NCBI GenBank assembly: GCA_037446635.1
Contig: JBBIIG010000016.1
Span: 14,065 to 78,064 of the forward strand
DNA from: a bacterium
GTDB taxonomy: Bacteria > Zhuqueibacterota > Zhuqueibacteria > Oceanimicrobiales > Oceanimicrobiaceae
Reading direction: 5' to 3'
DNA: 64,000 nucleotides
This document shows, in pieces, positions 7,990-19,931 of the stretch (position 1 is the first letter of the stretch; the number at the start of each line of letters is the position of its first letter). The notes under the pieces were generated by a model. It saw nothing but the letters and a program-made list of their open reading frames with translations. It made no database searches and was not told where the DNA came from. A program made the position numbers and the translations under genes.

Positions 7990-10533
7990 CTAACGAATTT
8001 TCGCCACGCACACCGTGAGATCATCGAAGCGAGCGCTGGCAGAAGCGTGCTGCTCCACCGCCTCGATGATGGCCAGGCCGATGCGCCCCGCTGGTTCCGC
8101 AGCCGCGTTTTTGATCACCTGCTGCAGACGATCCGTTCCAAACTCTTCACCGTTGTGATTCTTGGCTTCGGTGACCCCGTCGGTGTAGAAGACGAAAATG
8201 TCGCCGCGCTTCAACGGGATGGTTTTCGCGCGCGTTTGTTCAGCAAATTCCTGGGTTGAGCCCAGCCCCATTCCCATTCCGGGGCACTCCAAAACCTGGG
8301 TGATGTTTTTACGCGCGTCGTAGTGAATGGGCGGCTCATGACCGGCGCGCACCAGCGTCAGCTTTTTGGCGCGCAAATCAAACTTGCCGCCCACCTGCGT
8401 GATGAAGAAACTTTTTTCGAGATCGCTGCACATCAGAGAGTTGAGCCGAACAAAAAATTCCCGCGGCGATGGATGATAGGAATAAATGGAACGCATGATG
8501 CCCTGAATTTTGCTGACATACAGCGCCGCCGACGTCCCTTTGCCGGAAACATCCCCAACGATGATCATCAATTGCTTTTTGTTGAATTGCAGGAAGTCGT
8601 AGAAATCGCCGCCCACCTCGGTGGCGGGTTCGGAGTGAACAAAGATGTCGAGGCCCGCGATATTGGGGATGCCTTTCGGCAGCGAGCCGAGCTGAATTCG
8701 GCGGGCGATCTGCAGCTCATTCTTCATCCGCTCCTGCTGTTTTAATTCTTTGTAGAGGTTGGCGTTTTCCAGCGCCACCGCGGTTTGCGAAGCCGCAGCC
8801 TCCAATAGCTCCAGGTCTTCCACTTGGTAGTGATCTTCGGAGAGTTTTTCGCCGACTACGAACAATCCCAACAGGCGTCCGTTCAAAGCAATCGGCGCCA
8901 GAAATGAGACGCCCATTTTTTTGAGTTCAGAATTCCAGGAATTCAAGCTCTCCACCGGCTGGGCATGACCTTTACTTGCGATTTCTCGGACCCAATCATC
9001 GTCGCTGTGGAAATGCAGTTTCTGCCAGGTTTCAGGTTGAAAACCCGAAGCTTCGGCGGGAATCAGTTTGCCGTTTTCAGCCAAAAAGATGCCAATATTT
9101 TTTAGGCGCATCAATCCAGAAAGTTTTTCAATCACGTCGTGGCTCAGGCGCTTTTCATCCAAACAGCACGCGACGATGCCGCTGAACTCGGCTAGCGCTT
9201 TTTTGTAATCGTACTTCTCCTGATAAAATTTTCGCGCCACGCGCTTCTGCAGAAAAACCCGCAGCCGCCAGAGTATCAGAATGAACAAAATCGTTTCAAC
9301 CACCACGGCTTTGACCTTCCAGTGTTCGCGTTTTTCGGGCGGCAAATCGTTTACAAAGCCGATTTGAATTTGCTGATTGGTAAACCAGATTCCCGGATAA
9401 TTCAAGCGGAGCTTTGGTAACATCATAACGCCTGAGATCAGAATCACCGCCAGCCCAATATTAATCAGGATAGAAACCGTGACATAAACCCGGCTGCGGC
9501 GTATCACCGGATTGAAGTCGAGCAAGCGGAAGCGGTAGGTAGTATAAAGATACGAAAGGGGAAAAAGGATCAGCGCGATTAAGGCAAATTGGCCGTAGAT
9601 GAGCCACTCGATCTTGTACCAGATGCAGATGGCGGTGACCGCAAAAAAGGTCACGCCAACTACCCAGCCGCTCCATTTGAGGTAGCGGTTGAGGCGTTTA
9701 ACTTCGGGGGGTTTGGTTTTGCGATGAAAGAAAAAGATGCCAATTCCCACAAGAATCAGGAAAAGCAGCGAGCCATTGATGACGATTCCCAAATAGAAAT
9801 TGAATTTTATTTTTTGCAAAAACAACAGCGTCATCAAAACAACAATGACGGCGGACAGCGTGAACGCAGTGAAAATAAAGGTGCGATGCAACCAACGGCG
9901 CTTCAGGATATCGGGGCGGGGGACCGGAAAATACATGCGCGCATAAAAAAATAGCATGATAAAAATGGGTATCGCCGCGGCCTGCAGTATCGAGTTGATG
10001 GAAACTCGCACCGAGAGCGACAACAAAATCAAACTCCAAATCAGGAAGCTGGCAAAGAGCAGTCGCGCTGGTTTGAGATGCGGGCGCAGGAGGCCGAAAA
10101 ACGCCGCCGTCCCCAGACTCGCCAGTCCGGTCAGAAACAGCAGAACCAGATAGATATCCACGCCGATGGTGGCCATGGTAACCGGGATGGTGAGCTGCTG
10201 GCCCTCGCGCAGCACGATGTATTCAACGGTTTCGCCGGGGGCGATTTCGCGCAGGATGCGGTCGGCTTCGATGGCGTTCTGGAAGCGCCGCCCCTTAATG
10301 CTGAGAATCACGTCGCCCACTTGAATGCCCGCGCGATCAGATGCGCCGCCTTTGGTTACGGCTTTGACGGTGACGCCGAGTTTGCCGTCGTCAAAATAAT
10401 TTTGATCGGTGGCGGAGGAAATGGCGCGGCGAAAATTGCCGACGCCGTAAATCAAAACCAGCGCGATCAAAATCGCGAACAGCGCGCGCAGCTTTTGGCT
10501 GTCCGCAAAGAATTTCTGGGGTGATTTTAACAT
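7990..10533 (-). CDS. Membrane sensor PP2C phosphatase (PDZ - multi-TM - GAF - SpoIIE)
   Basis: PDZ (GGASDRAGIQVGDVI), TM block, GAF (APIALNGRLLG..ALENANLY), SpoIIE (VGGDFYD, GDVSGKG, AGH, YTDGVTE, DDLT). Confidence 0.9.
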   Translation of the reverse strand: MLKSPQKFFADSQKLRALFAILIALVLIYGVGNFRRAISSATDQNYFDDGKLGVTVKAVTKGGASDRAGIQVGDVILSIKGRRFQNAIEADRILREIAPGETVEYIVLREGQQLTIPVTMATIGVDIYLVLLFLTGLASLGTAAFFGLLRPHLKPARLLFASFLIWSLILLSLSVRVSINSILQAAAIPIFIMLFFYARMYFPVPRPDILKRRWLHRTFIFTAFTLSAVIVVLMTLLFLQKIKFNFYLGIVINGSLLFLILVGIGIFFFHRKTKPPEVKRLNRYLKWSGWVVGVTFFAVTAICIWYKIEWLIYGQFALIALILFPLSYLYTTYRFRLLDFNPVIRRSRVYVTVSILINIGLAVILISGVMMLPKLRLNYPGIWFTNQQIQIGFVNDLPPEKREHWKVKAVVVETILFILILWRLRVFLQKRVARKFYQEKYDYKKALAEFSGIVACCLDEKRLSHDVIEKLSGLMRLKNIGIFLAENGKLIPAEASGFQPETWQKLHFHSDDDWVREIASKGHAQPVESLNSWNSELKKMGVSFLAPIALNGRLLGLFVVGEKLSEDHYQVEDLELLEAAASQTAVALENANLYKELKQQERMKNELQIARRIQLGSLPKGIPNIAGLDIFVHSEPATEVGGDFYDFLQFNKKQLMIIVGDVSGKGTSAALYVSKIQGIMRSIYSYHPSPREFFVRLNSLMCSDLEKSFFITQVGGKFDLRAKKLTLVRAGHEPPIHYDARKNITQVLECPGMGMGLGSTQEFAEQTRAKTIPLKRGDIFVFYTDGVTEAKNHNGEEFGTDRLQQVIKNAAAEPAGRIGLAIIEAVEQHASASARFDDLTVCVAKIR

Positions 10534-10756
10534 GGCTTGAGGTACGAGAGTTAATGTTAAACACCGAATATAGTGAAACCCATCGAAGAATCTAAAGAAT
10601 TTTCAATGACGTTCGGTGACCTTTAGGGTTAATTTCTTAGCCCGGATAATTCACCGCAGAGATCAGAGGCTAAATAAAAACAATTAACTCTAACGGAAAC
10701 AACTCCGCGGCCTCTGCGCGCTCTGCGGTTCATGAATTAATCAGGATAAGCCCTTT

Positions 10757-11773
10757 TTAAAAGTAAATAGCTTCCGTGGATTTCACAATGTGCGCGCCGC
10801 TCTCGGCGAATTCTTTGAAAACGGCGTCCGCTTGATCGGTATAATCCACCACCCCCGGGACCACCACCGGCGACATGCAGTCCTCCAGCAGATAAACTTT
10901 TTTCACCAGCCGGTGATCTTTGTCCCAGATTTCTTTCAGAAGGTCTGCGATGGTCCAGGCGACGCAGTGGCTTTTGGCCTGGCCGGCAATGATCACCGCG
11001 TCGAACTCCAGCAGCTTGCGAATGAAGGCGCTGTTTTTTTTGGCAATTTTTTGGCCGGTTTGATCTTCCAGCACTTCTGGACTCAAAACCGAGTAGTTTT
11101 CCGTCAAGGGGTTGTTGCCTTTCACCTGAACGTCGGGTTGACTGCGGCGCGCGATGCTGTGAAAGAAAATCGCCTCTTCCACCGCCGACACCAGGGCGTG
11201 GCCGATGCCGCCCAACATCGCATGGTACGGCCAGATGGTGAGTTGATATTTTCCGCCCTTTGCCAGTTGGCTGGTGTAGTGCTGTAGATATTCCTGCCCG
11301 TATTTTTCATCGATTCCCAAGACGATCGCAACTTCCGGATTGAGTTTCCAGACGCCGTCGCGAATGTCTTTTTCCGAAATCAGTGTGTAGGGTTCGGGAT
11401 GCCGATTCTGATCATTGATTAGAAAAATGCTGTGGAAAATTTGCATGGCCTGATGGGTGTCCATGGTTGGGCAAATTTGCGTGATGACATTCAGGTTGCG
11501 GTAAATAAATTCGCACAGTCGGCGGTTGTCATCAACCGCGCCGGTACCGGAGCGTCCGCCTACAAACAGCTCGAAGTCTGGAATGCAAAAGGTATTTTGT
11601 ACATCCACGGCAATGAGGCAAACACGAAACTCATCGCGGGACGCCGGTTGAATGTTGTGCTGCCGCGCCCATTTTTCCGCTTGCGCCGCCCGCTCCTGAT
11701 ACGGGACGCGCCAGACTTCTCCAACTTTGCCAGGATCAAAATAGGAAGGAATGGGTAATTCGTTCGCTAACAT
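10757..11773 (-). CDS. Nicotinamidase-like cysteine hydrolase (isochorismatase family)
   Basis: [29 protein letters not shown]; downstream of pncB. Confidence 0.85.
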   Translation of the reverse strand: MLANELPIPSYFDPGKVGEVWRVPYQERAAQAEKWARQHNIQPASRDEFRVCLIAVDVQNTFCIPDFELFVGGRSGTGAVDDNRRLCEFIYRNLNVITQICPTMDTHQAMQIFHSIFLINDQNRHPEPYTLISEKDIRDGVWKLNPEVAIVLGIDEKYGQEYLQHYTSQLAKGGKYQLTIWPYHAMLGGIGHALVSAVEEAIFFHSIARRSQPDVQVKGNNPLTENYSVLSPEVLEDQTGQKIAKKNSAFIRKLLEFDAVIIAGQAKSHCVAWTIADLLKEIWDKDHRLVKKVYLLEDCMSPVVVPGVVDYTDQADAVFKEFAESGAHIVKSTEAIYF

Positions 11774-11807
11774 TTTCAATAAACCTCCTTCGTTCCATCA
11801 TCTATCT

Positions 11808-13370
11808 TTAATTCTCAAATGTTGATTGCTTCTTCATGCTCTCTACCAGATGCTGTTTTCGTTCCCAAAGGTTTTGCGTTATGGAAACGTGATAAATATG
11901 CGGGTTCATCAGTCGCTTCACGCCGGCGTCCAACCGATCTATATCGCGCTGGCGAATTTCGCGCATTTCCTGGATGGTTGGAAAATCCACAATCAGTTTT
12001 CCCTCTTTGAGAACGTCCGTCAATAAAGGTTCGATTTCCATAATTTGTGATTTATCCAAGACGCGATGGATAGTGGCGTCCGTTGGATGATGCAAATGAA
12101 TTGTTTTCCAGTCCCGCGGTTCTTCATCGGAGAGGCCAATGAGATCGGCGGTGGCCTTGCCGCGGCGGTCGTAAATTCGCCAGACGCGCTTGTTGTCCGG
12201 GTTGGGGGTTTTGGTCGGCGATTCCGAAATTTTGATCGCCGGCAGCCAGTGGTTGTCCCGCTGCAGCGCCACCAATTTATAAACGCCGCCCAGCGCGGAA
12301 TCACCGGCGGAAGTGATGAGCCGCGTGCCCACGCCGTACGCCAACCGTTTGATAAGCTGATTGGGATCGAGGTTGTGGCGCGGCGCCTCTTCTTCAATTT
12401 GAGTGATGATTTGCCAGATGTTCAATTCATCCAACTCGTTGGATAAAACAATCGTGGTATCCGCGAAGCCCGCGGCGTTGAGCCGTTTGGCGGTTTCGAT
12501 GCTGAGATAAGCCAGGTCGCCGGAGTCCAATCGCACGCCCACCGGCTGGTGTCCCTTTTTCTTCAACTCTTCAAAAACTTTGATGGCGTTAGGAACGCCG
12601 CTTTCCAGGGTATCGATGGTATCCACCAACAGAATGCAGTCGTCCGGATAAAGCTCGGCGAAGGCGCGAAAGGCATCGAGTTCGCTCATGCCCAGCGCCA
12701 GAAATGCCTGCACCATGCTGTGGGCGTGGGTGCCTTTGGGAGGCAGACCGAGGGCGTGTGAAATTCCAACGTTGGAGGTGAAATCCGCGCCGCCGATGAG
12801 CGCCGCGCGCGCGCCGGCCAGCACCCCGCGATCGTGCCCGCGCCGCGCGCCGAATTCTAAAATGAGCTGACCGTGACTGATTTCGCGGATGCGCGCGGCT
12901 TTGGTGGCAATCAGCGTCTGGTAATTAAGATGATTCAGCAGTGAGGTTTCTAAAATCTGCGCCATCGCCAGCGGGCCTTGCACCACGGCCAGCGGCACAT
13001 TGGGATGCACAACCCGTCCTTCCGGGATGGCCAACATGGAGATGGAATGGAAGCTGCCATTTTGTTCGAGCCACTTGAGAAAGTCATCAGCAAACAGCGG
13101 TTTGCCGGCGCGGCTTTTCTGGCTGCGCAAAAAAGAAATGTCCTCTTTGCGAAATCGCACCGAAAGCATCCAGTCCAATAGCCACTCCAGTCCGGCATTG
13201 ATGCAGTAGCCGGCTTTGTGGACGCCGTAATCCGGATAATCGCGGAAGAAGTAATCGAACTGCGCCGGTGTTTCGTGAAGGCCGTGGCGGAAGTAAAGCT
13301 GGGCCATCGTCAGTTGATACTGATCGGTGAAGAGGATGCCTTCGGCGGTGGCGCGATCGAAACGTCGCAT
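11808..13370 (-). CDS. pncB: Nicotinate phosphoribosyltransferase
   Basis: [42 protein letters not shown]. Confidence 0.93.
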   Translation of the reverse strand: MRRFDRATAEGILFTDQYQLTMAQLYFRHGLHETPAQFDYFFRDYPDYGVHKAGYCINAGLEWLLDWMLSVRFRKEDISFLRSQKSRAGKPLFADDFLKWLEQNGSFHSISMLAIPEGRVVHPNVPLAVVQGPLAMAQILETSLLNHLNYQTLIATKAARIREISHGQLILEFGARRGHDRGVLAGARAALIGGADFTSNVGISHALGLPPKGTHAHSMVQAFLALGMSELDAFRAFAELYPDDCILLVDTIDTLESGVPNAIKVFEELKKKGHQPVGVRLDSGDLAYLSIETAKRLNAAGFADTTIVLSNELDELNIWQIITQIEEEAPRHNLDPNQLIKRLAYGVGTRLITSAGDSALGGVYKLVALQRDNHWLPAIKISESPTKTPNPDNKRVWRIYDRRGKATADLIGLSDEEPRDWKTIHLHHPTDATIHRVLDKSQIMEIEPLLTDVLKEGKLIVDFPTIQEMREIRQRDIDRLDAGVKRLMNPHIYHVSITQNLWERKQHLVESMKKQSTFEN

Positions 13371-13507
13371 GCTTTGCCGTTCCCAAATTAGTACGCGACC
13401 AATTTAATTCAAAAATTCCTGGGAGTCAAGTTATTGCCTGTTCTTGATTTTGATCCGGAATTGCGTTAAAATCGGTTCGATTTGTCGATTTTGTGGGTAT
13501 GTAAAGC

Positions 13508-13614
13508 AAACCTCTGGTTTGCGTTTTAAAGCATCGAAAAGCAGAGCGTTGAGTTACAGGGAAACCTCTGGTTTGCGTTTCAAAATTATCTCAAAGCGGA
13601 GCTTTGAGATACAG
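13508..13614. repeat. Two imperfect tandem ~54-bp REP-like units
   Basis: aaacctctggtttgcgttt at 13508 and 13562; second unit contains hairpin tatctcaaagc-gga-gctttgagata. Confidence 0.7.
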
Positions 13615-13640
13615 TTCATTTTCAAACGGAGGAGCAACTT

Positions 13641-14336
13641 ATGCCCGAAATTTTTTCTGGTTTTCCCAAAGAATGCGTTGCCTTTTTGAGCGAGCTTACA
13701 GAAAACAACAGCAAGCCGTGGTTCGAAAAACACAAGGACGATTACGAAAATTACGTTCTCGCGCCGGCGCGGGAGTTTGTCGTGGAGATGGGGAAACGCC
13801 TGCGAAAGATTTCCCCAAAAGTGAACGCCGATCCGCGGCCCAACAAATCGCTGTTTCGCATTCATCGCGATACGCGGTTCAGCAAAGACAAATCGCCCTA
13901 CAAAACACATTTGGGAATCATGTGGTGGGAGGGCAGCGGCCCGCGCATGGAATGCTCGTGCTATTATTTCCATCTCGAGCCGCCGAATCTGATGTTGGGA
14001 GTCGGCATTTACCAATTTCCAAAGCATCTGTTGGAGGCCTATCGCGCCGCGGTGGTGCATCAAACGCACGGCAAACAGTTGGCGCAGGCGATCAAAAAAG
14101 TCACCCAAAAGGGCGAATACGAATTAGGCGGGCGAGTTTATAAAAAGACGCCGCGCGGCTTTGATGCCGATCATCCGAACGCGGATATGTTGCTGTTTAA
14201 TGGACTCTACGCCGGCGCCACTACAAAAATTCCGCGAGAATTGCATTCGCCGGCGATCGTGGATTACTGCTTCGAGCGCTACAAAAAAATGGACCCGCTG
14301 CACAAGTGGCTGGTGGCGTTGACGGAACGGGTTTAG
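13641..14336 (+). CDS. DUF2461 (TIGR02453) family protein
   Basis: FLSELTENNSKPWF, FRIHRDTRFSKDKSPYK. Confidence 0.9.
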   Translation: MPEIFSGFPKECVAFLSELTENNSKPWFEKHKDDYENYVLAPAREFVVEMGKRLRKISPKVNADPRPNKSLFRIHRDTRFSKDKSPYKTHLGIMWWEGSGPRMECSCYYFHLEPPNLMLGVGIYQFPKHLLEAYRAAVVHQTHGKQLAQAIKKVTQKGEYELGGRVYKKTPRGFDADHPNADMLLFNGLYAGATTKIPRELHSPAIVDYCFERYKKMDPLHKWLVALTERV

Positions 14337-14456
14337 TTTGGTAGAGAGCCGGAGAGAAAGATTTTGCTGAGGAAGGTGCGCAAGTAAGGGGCTTCTTTGA
14401 AAAGGACTTTTCACCAAGAGGGGGACCACGCTTCGCGAGTGGGTGGTTAGAATAGT

Positions 14457-14882
14457 TTATTTCAAAATATATCCCATGATCACGCTGACAATTGTCGTGG
14501 ACCAGAAGATGAACATCCATTTTATTAAATCGGCGCGCTGGATGGCTAGCTTCTTGTCAATTTCAATACCCAGCCGTTCGATTTCGGAGCGTTGGGCGGT
14601 TAACTTTTGGTCAAAATCTATACCGAGTTGTTTTATTTCGGAGCGTTGGGCGGTTAACTTTTGGTCAAACGCAACAGCAAGTCGTTCGATTTGGTTAATC
14701 AGCAACTCCCGTGTGTGAGCAAGCTCATGCTGAAATTTTTCAAGCGTGCGGCCATTCAGGCGTTCCATCTCTTCGATCTGTGCTGTGTTAATTTGATTGA
14801 TTATCGCCACGAATTCTTGTGCGCCCGCTTCGCCTAACTTCGCGCGAAGATTCTTGGGAACCGTAATTGCGATCGTTGCCAA
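14457..14882 (-). CDS. DUF1640/CCDC90-like coiled-coil protein with 18-aa repeats and C-terminal TM
   Basis: LRAKLGEAGA head; FDQKLTAQRSEI..LGI repeats; ADLIKWMFIFW tail. Confidence 0.75.
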   Translation of the reverse strand: MATIAITVPKNLRAKLGEAGAQEFVAIINQINTAQIEEMERLNGRTLEKFQHELAHTRELLINQIERLAVAFDQKLTAQRSEIKQLGIDFDQKLTAQRSEIERLGIEIDKKLAIQRADLIKWMFIFWSTTIVSVIMGYILK

Positions 14883-15028
14883 AGTTCGCCTTCAATTTTT
14901 TGGAAAAAGATAATCATATTAAATTAGTTTTGCAAAATAAATTTTGCCACGCCGCTTGCATCCCAGCCGAATTATTTTAAATTCAGAACAATCTCAAATC
15001 AATGAACAAGTAAAAGGAGAGACGCGCT

Positions 15029-18000
15029 ATGAACAGACTTGTGTGGCGATGGGTTTTGGCTGTTCTGTTGGTGAATCTATGGTTTACTACTGGCTCACTG
15101 CAATCCCAAACCAAGCTGCTTCGCTTTCCCGACATTCACGATGACACCGTGGTGTTTTGCTACGGCGGCGATCTGTGGAAAGCTTCGGCCTCCGGCGGAC
15201 TCGCCGTGCGGCTCACCGCGCATCCCGGCCAAGAGCTGTTTCCCAAATTTTCTCCCAATGGCAAATGGATTGCGTTCACCGGCCAGTACGATGGCGACGA
15301 GCAGGTTTATGTGATCCCGGCCGAAGGCGGCGAGCCGAAACAGTTGACATACTATCCCGCGCACGGGCCGCTGGCGCCGCGTTGGGGTTACGATAACCAG
15401 GTTTATGGTTGGACTCCCGACGGCACAAAGATCGTGTTCCGCTCGCTGCGCGACGCCGACGGCGCCAACGTCCTGACTGCGCTTTACACCGTGAGCGTCG
15501 ATGGCGGCTTACCGGTGAAGCTGCCCATGCCTACTTCTGGCGCCGGCGATTTTTCACCCGACGGCGCCAAGATTGTTTATTCGCCGCTGTTCCGCGATTT
15601 TCGCACCTGGAAAAGATATGAGGGCGGTTGGGCGCAGGATTTATACATCTTCGATCTCAAAACTCATGATGCGCAGAAAATCGCCGCCAGCATCCGCAGC
15701 GAACGCGATCCCATGTGGATCGGCAACACCATTTATTTCACCTCCGATCGCGACGGCACCTACAATCTTTTTGCGTTTGATATTGCAAGCAACGATGTGC
15801 GCCAGCTCACCCAAAGCAAAACTTGGGACGTGCGCTGGCCGTCGTCGGACAATCGCAGCAAGATCGTTTATGAGCTCGACGGCGAGCTGCAAATCTTCGA
15901 CGTGACCACCAACGAAGATCGCCGCATCTCGATCACCGTTCCCGACGACGGGCTGGCCAGGCGCCCCTCGCGCTACTCCGCCGAAAAAAATATCGAAGAC
16001 TTCGAGCTTTCGCCGAAAGGAGAGCGCGCGCTGTTTGTGGCCCGCGGCGATATTTTCACCGCGCCCATCGAGAAAGGCCCGACCCGCAATCTCACCAACA
16101 CATCGAATGCGCACGACAAATGGGCGCGCTGGTCGCCGGACGGCGCGAAGATCGCGTTCATCTCTGATCGCAGCGGTGAGGATCAAGTCTATCTCATCAA
16201 TCAGGATGGTGGCCAGCCCGAGCAGCTCAGCACGCAATTCAAAGGAATGCTGTACGCTCCCGAGTGGGCGCCGGATGGCAGGCGCCTCGCTTTCTCAGAC
16301 AAAGATGGAAAGTTGTACGTGCTCACCATCGCCACGAAACAGGTGCAGGAGATCGCCGACGATGAATTTAGCGGCATCTTCGACTACACATGGTCGGCCT
16401 GCGGCGGCCACCTTGCATTTTCGATGAACGATTGGAGCGGCTACAGCTCGATTTATATTTGGAGCGTGAGCGATGGCCAGCGCCGCCGCATCACCGGCGA
16501 AAATTTTAATGAGTACGGACCGGCGTGGGATCCGGAAGGCAATTACCTCTACTATCTTTCCGATCGCGAGTTCGCGCCGCAAATCAGTAGTTGGGAATGG
16601 AACTTCGCCGGCAATCGCAGCACTGGCATTTTTGCACTGGCGCTGCGCAAAGACGTGAAGAATCCATTTGCGCCGGAGAGCGACGAAGTTACAATTGGCG
16701 AGGGTGAAAAGACGGAAAAAGAAAAAGGCGCGGAAGAAAAAAAGGACGAAAAGAAAGCCAAAGAGACTCCGAAAGAATACATCAAAATCGATTTTGATGG
16801 TCTCGCGCAACGGGTGGCAAAGGTCCCCGTCGAATCGGATAATCTCAACGCCCTCACAGCCATCAAAGGGCACCTCATTTACACCAGCGCCGGCGCGCCG
16901 TTTTATGGCCGCGACAGTTACAAGAAAACCAGCCTCGAGATTTTCGAATTCAAAGAGCGCAAAAGCTCGACACTGGCTGAAAACATCTCGGGTTACGCGC
17001 TTTCATCCGATGGCAGCAAAGTGCTGGTGCAGCAGGAGAAAGCGTACAACCTTTACGACGCCAAACCCAAGCCCGGCGAGAAGAAAACCGTCTCCACCAA
17101 AGGACTCATGGTCGATCGTGTGCCGGCGCAGGAATGGGCAGAAATTTTCGACGAGGTTTGGCGCCGCTACCGCGATTTCTTTTACGTCCGCAACATGCAC
17201 GGGTATGATTGGAAAGCGATTGGCGATCAGTACCGCACCCTGCTGCAGCACGTGGCGCATCGCTCGGATTTGAATTATGTTTTGGGCGAGATGGTCTCGG
17301 AGCTGAACGTCGGCCACGCTTACATTGTCGGCGGCGATTTTGAAATTCCCGAGCGGCCAAAAGTGGCGCTGCCGGGCGCGCGCTTCGAGTTGGATGAACA
17401 AGCCGGGCGCTATCGTATTTCAAAAATTTTCCGCGGAAGTAACGAAGAGGAAAAATACCGCTCGCCGCTGACCGAAGTTGGCGTCGATGCGAGAGTCGGC
17501 GATTATGTGTTAGCTGTCGACGGCGAGGAACTTAACGCCAACGACAATCCGTACCGGCTGCTGCAGCATAAAACCGATCCGGTCACGCTGACGCTGAACT
17601 CGCGGCCGGTGCTGGACGGCGCGCGCAAAGTTACGTACAAACCAATCAACGATGAGTCCGATCTGCTCTACAAAGAATGGGTTGATGGCAACCGCGAGAA
17701 AGTTTCGCAAATGACCGGCGGACGCGTGGCGTACCTGCATCTCCCCAACATGGGCGCTGACGGCATTTACGAGTTCATCAAATGGTACTATCCGCAAATC
17801 CGCAAAGAGGGGCTGGTGGTGGATGTCCGCTCCAACGGCGGCGGCAACGTCTCGCAGTGGATCATCGAACGCCTCGACACCAAACTGATGGGCACGCGCT
17901 TTGGCCAGTCCAGCGATAAGCCATTTACTTATCCGGCTGCAGTTTTCCACGGGCCAATGGTCTGTCTTATCAGCGAAACCTCGGCTTCGGATGGCGATAT

Positions 18001-18352
18001 CTTTCCGCACTATTTCCGCAAAGCTGGACTCGGACCATTGATTGGCAAGCGCACGTGGGGCGGCGTGGTCGGCATTTCCGGCCGCGGGCCACTGTTGGAT
18101 GGCGGAACCGTGTTCGTGCCTCTGCAGGGTACCAACGATGAAAATGGCAACTGGATCATCGAGGGCCACGGCGTCGATCCCGATATTGAAGTGGAGAACG
18201 ATCCCAAGAGCGTGCTGGCCGGCCGCGATCCGCAGCTCGAGCGCGGCGTGCAGGAAGTGCTGAAGCGGATGGACGAGAAGAAAATGAAGCTGCCGGCTCG
18301 TCCGCCGGATCCGTTGAAAATCAAAGCGCCGATTTCGACGAACGGACAGTAG
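15029..18352 (+). CDS. Tricorn-like S41 protease
   Basis: [10 protein letters not shown]40 repeats (FSPDG), [24 protein letters not shown]. Confidence 0.93.
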   Translation: MNRLVWRWVLAVLLVNLWFTTGSLQSQTKLLRFPDIHDDTVVFCYGGDLWKASASGGLAVRLTAHPGQELFPKFSPNGKWIAFTGQYDGDEQVYVIPAEGGEPKQLTYYPAHGPLAPRWGYDNQVYGWTPDGTKIVFRSLRDADGANVLTALYTVSVDGGLPVKLPMPTSGAGDFSPDGAKIVYSPLFRDFRTWKRYEGGWAQDLYIFDLKTHDAQKIAASIRSERDPMWIGNTIYFTSDRDGTYNLFAFDIASNDVRQLTQSKTWDVRWPSSDNRSKIVYELDGELQIFDVTTNEDRRISITVPDDGLARRPSRYSAEKNIEDFELSPKGERALFVARGDIFTAPIEKGPTRNLTNTSNAHDKWARWSPDGAKIAFISDRSGEDQVYLINQDGGQPEQLSTQFKGMLYAPEWAPDGRRLAFSDKDGKLYVLTIATKQVQEIADDEFSGIFDYTWSACGGHLAFSMNDWSGYSSIYIWSVSDGQRRRITGENFNEYGPAWDPEGNYLYYLSDREFAPQISSWEWNFAGNRSTGIFALALRKDVKNPFAPESDEVTIGEGEKTEKEKGAEEKKDEKKAKETPKEYIKIDFDGLAQRVAKVPVESDNLNALTAIKGHLIYTSAGAPFYGRDSYKKTSLEIFEFKERKSSTLAENISGYALSSDGSKVLVQQEKAYNLYDAKPKPGEKKTVSTKGLMVDRVPAQEWAEIFDEVWRRYRDFFYVRNMHGYDWKAIGDQYRTLLQHVAHRSDLNYVLGEMVSELNVGHAYIVGGDFEIPERPKVALPGARFELDEQAGRYRISKIFRGSNEEEKYRSPLTEVGVDARVGDYVLAVDGEELNANDNPYRLLQHKTDPVTLTLNSRPVLDGARKVTYKPINDESDLLYKEWVDGNREKVSQMTGGRVAYLHLPNMGADGIYEFIKWYYPQIRKEGLVVDVRSNGGGNVSQWIIERLDTKLMGTRFGQSSDKPFTYPAAVFHGPMVCLISETSASDGDIFPHYFRKAGLGPLIGKRTWGGVVGISGRGPLLDGGTVFVPLQGTNDENGNWIIEGHGVDPDIEVENDPKSVLAGRDPQLERGVQEVLKRMDEKKMKLPARPPDPLKIKAPISTNGQ

Positions 18353-18391
18353 TGGAGTGTCAAGCTTCAGCTTGACCCCGCAGATGCCTGT

Positions 18392-18424
18392 AGATGAGAC
18401 TCATCTTTGAGATGAGTCTCATCT
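18392..18424. repeat. 33-bp nested palindrome (15-3-15), identical to 19894-19926
   Basis: agatgagactcatct-ttg-agatgagtctcatct. Confidence 0.85.
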
Positions 18425-18502
18425 TTCCCAAATTGACCCCGATCAAACTGGCGATGAATTTCTGAAGCGCAAATAACCAAACAAGATTCTCCCACTTAAA
18501 TC

Positions 18503-19912
18503 GTGACCTTCGAAATTTTCCACCGTTACCGTTCGATTATCGATGACTGGCCGGCGTTCCTCGACGCCCTCCGCCGTCCGCTGCCCACCTGCATTTGGGC
18601 GAACACCGCGCGCATTTCTCCGAGTCAGCTGCACGAAAGACTCACGCGCGACGGGATCGCTGTTAAGCCAATAGAATGGTACGAGGGCGCGTTTCGGCTG
18701 CCGCCGGAAATAAGCATCGGAAATCGATTAGAGTATCTCGCCGGTTTGTGTCACGCGCAGGAAGAAGCCGCGATGATTCCCGCCGTGCTGCTCGATCCGC
18801 AGCCCGGTGAGCGCGTGCTGGAATTGTGCGCGGCGCCGGGGAACAAAGTCGCGCAGATGTCGCTGAAAATGCAGCAGCGCGGCGCGGTGATCGCCAACGA
18901 TTTCAATTACCATCGCATGAGGGCGCTGCGCCGCATTATCGATCGGCTTGGACTCGTCAACGTGAGCGCAACCCTCTGCAACGCGGTTTCCTACCCGCGG
19001 CCGCCCGAATTGTTTGATCGCGTGCTGGTGGATGTGCCGTGTTCCTGCGAGGGTACGTCGCGCAAAAGTCCGGAAGTGCTGTTGCACGGCCGAATCAACC
19101 ATCTCGAAAGATTGCAAGCCGCAATTTTACGGCGCGGGCTGCAACTCTGCAAGCCCGGCGGCCGGGTGGTGTATTCCACCTGCACCTACGCGCCGGAAGA
19201 AAACGAGATGGCGGTGCAGGCCGCGCTCGATTTCCTGTCTCCAAAAATTCACGCCCGAATATTAGAAGCGAATTTGCCGGGATTGAACTGGAGTCCGGGC
19301 CTGGAACGCTGGCAGGGAACGGCCTTTCGCGCCGATATGCGCCACGCCATTCGCATCTATCCCCATCAAAATGATACCGGCGGATTTTTTATTGCGGTGA
19401 TCGAAAAATTGCAGGGTTCAAATTCCGGGTTGACAACGGAGGTGGCTGAATTGAATTGGGTGGATGGCCAGCCCTATTTAGAATATCTCGAAGAACGTTT
19501 TGGCATCCCGCGATCGGTTTTCGAGGGTTATCGTTTCTTTCGCGCCAACGCCAAATCCATCGCCATCATCAATGAAGATCATCGGATCGCTGCGCCGCTG
19601 CATTTTGCCGGCGTGTCGTTTGTTCACACCAACATGAAATACCCAAAACTCTCCACCGCCGCGGCGCTGGCCTTCGGAAAATATGTTACTCGTAATGTCG
19701 CCCAACTCGATCGTTTTCAAGCAGAAGACTATTTGAAAGGCAAGACGCTTTATGACGTGGTTGAAAATTTGGATGAGGGATACGTGTTTGTGAGGTACGC
19801 AGACATCACGCTTGGCGTGGGGGTTTTTTTCAAACACGAAAACACCACGGAGCTGCGCAGCTCATTTCCCAAAGCTTGGCAACTCAGTGCGCCAGATGAG
19901 ACTCATCTTTGA
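18503..19912 (+). CDS. RsmB/RsmF (NOL1/NOP2) RNA m5C methyltransferase
   Basis: CAAPGNK, DVPCSCEG, YSTCTYAPEENE, IYPHQNDTGGFF. Confidence 0.9.
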   Translation: MTFEIFHRYRSIIDDWPAFLDALRRPLPTCIWANTARISPSQLHERLTRDGIAVKPIEWYEGAFRLPPEISIGNRLEYLAGLCHAQEEAAMIPAVLLDPQPGERVLELCAAPGNKVAQMSLKMQQRGAVIANDFNYHRMRALRRIIDRLGLVNVSATLCNAVSYPRPPELFDRVLVDVPCSCEGTSRKSPEVLLHGRINHLERLQAAILRRGLQLCKPGGRVVYSTCTYAPEENEMAVQAALDFLSPKIHARILEANLPGLNWSPGLERWQGTAFRADMRHAIRIYPHQNDTGGFFIAVIEKLQGSNSGLTTEVAELNWVDGQPYLEYLEERFGIPRSVFEGYRFFRANAKSIAIINEDHRIAAPLHFAGVSFVHTNMKYPKLSTAAALAFGKYVTRNVAQLDRFQAEDYLKGKTLYDVVENLDEGYVFVRYADITLGVGVFFKHENTTELRSSFPKAWQLSAPDETHL

Positions 19913-19926
19913 GATGAGTCTCATCT
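19894..19926. repeat. 33-bp nested palindrome (15-3-15); supplies last codons and stop of the methyltransferase
   Basis: agatgagactcatct-ttg-agatgagtctcatct. Confidence 0.85.
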
Positions 19927-19931
19927 ATTTC

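Noticed and set aside
10757..13370. NAD-reconstitution or defence-type module
   Set aside because: A pncB plus nicotinamidase-like pair in chromosomal context is ordinary NAD salvage; no phage or defence neighbours.
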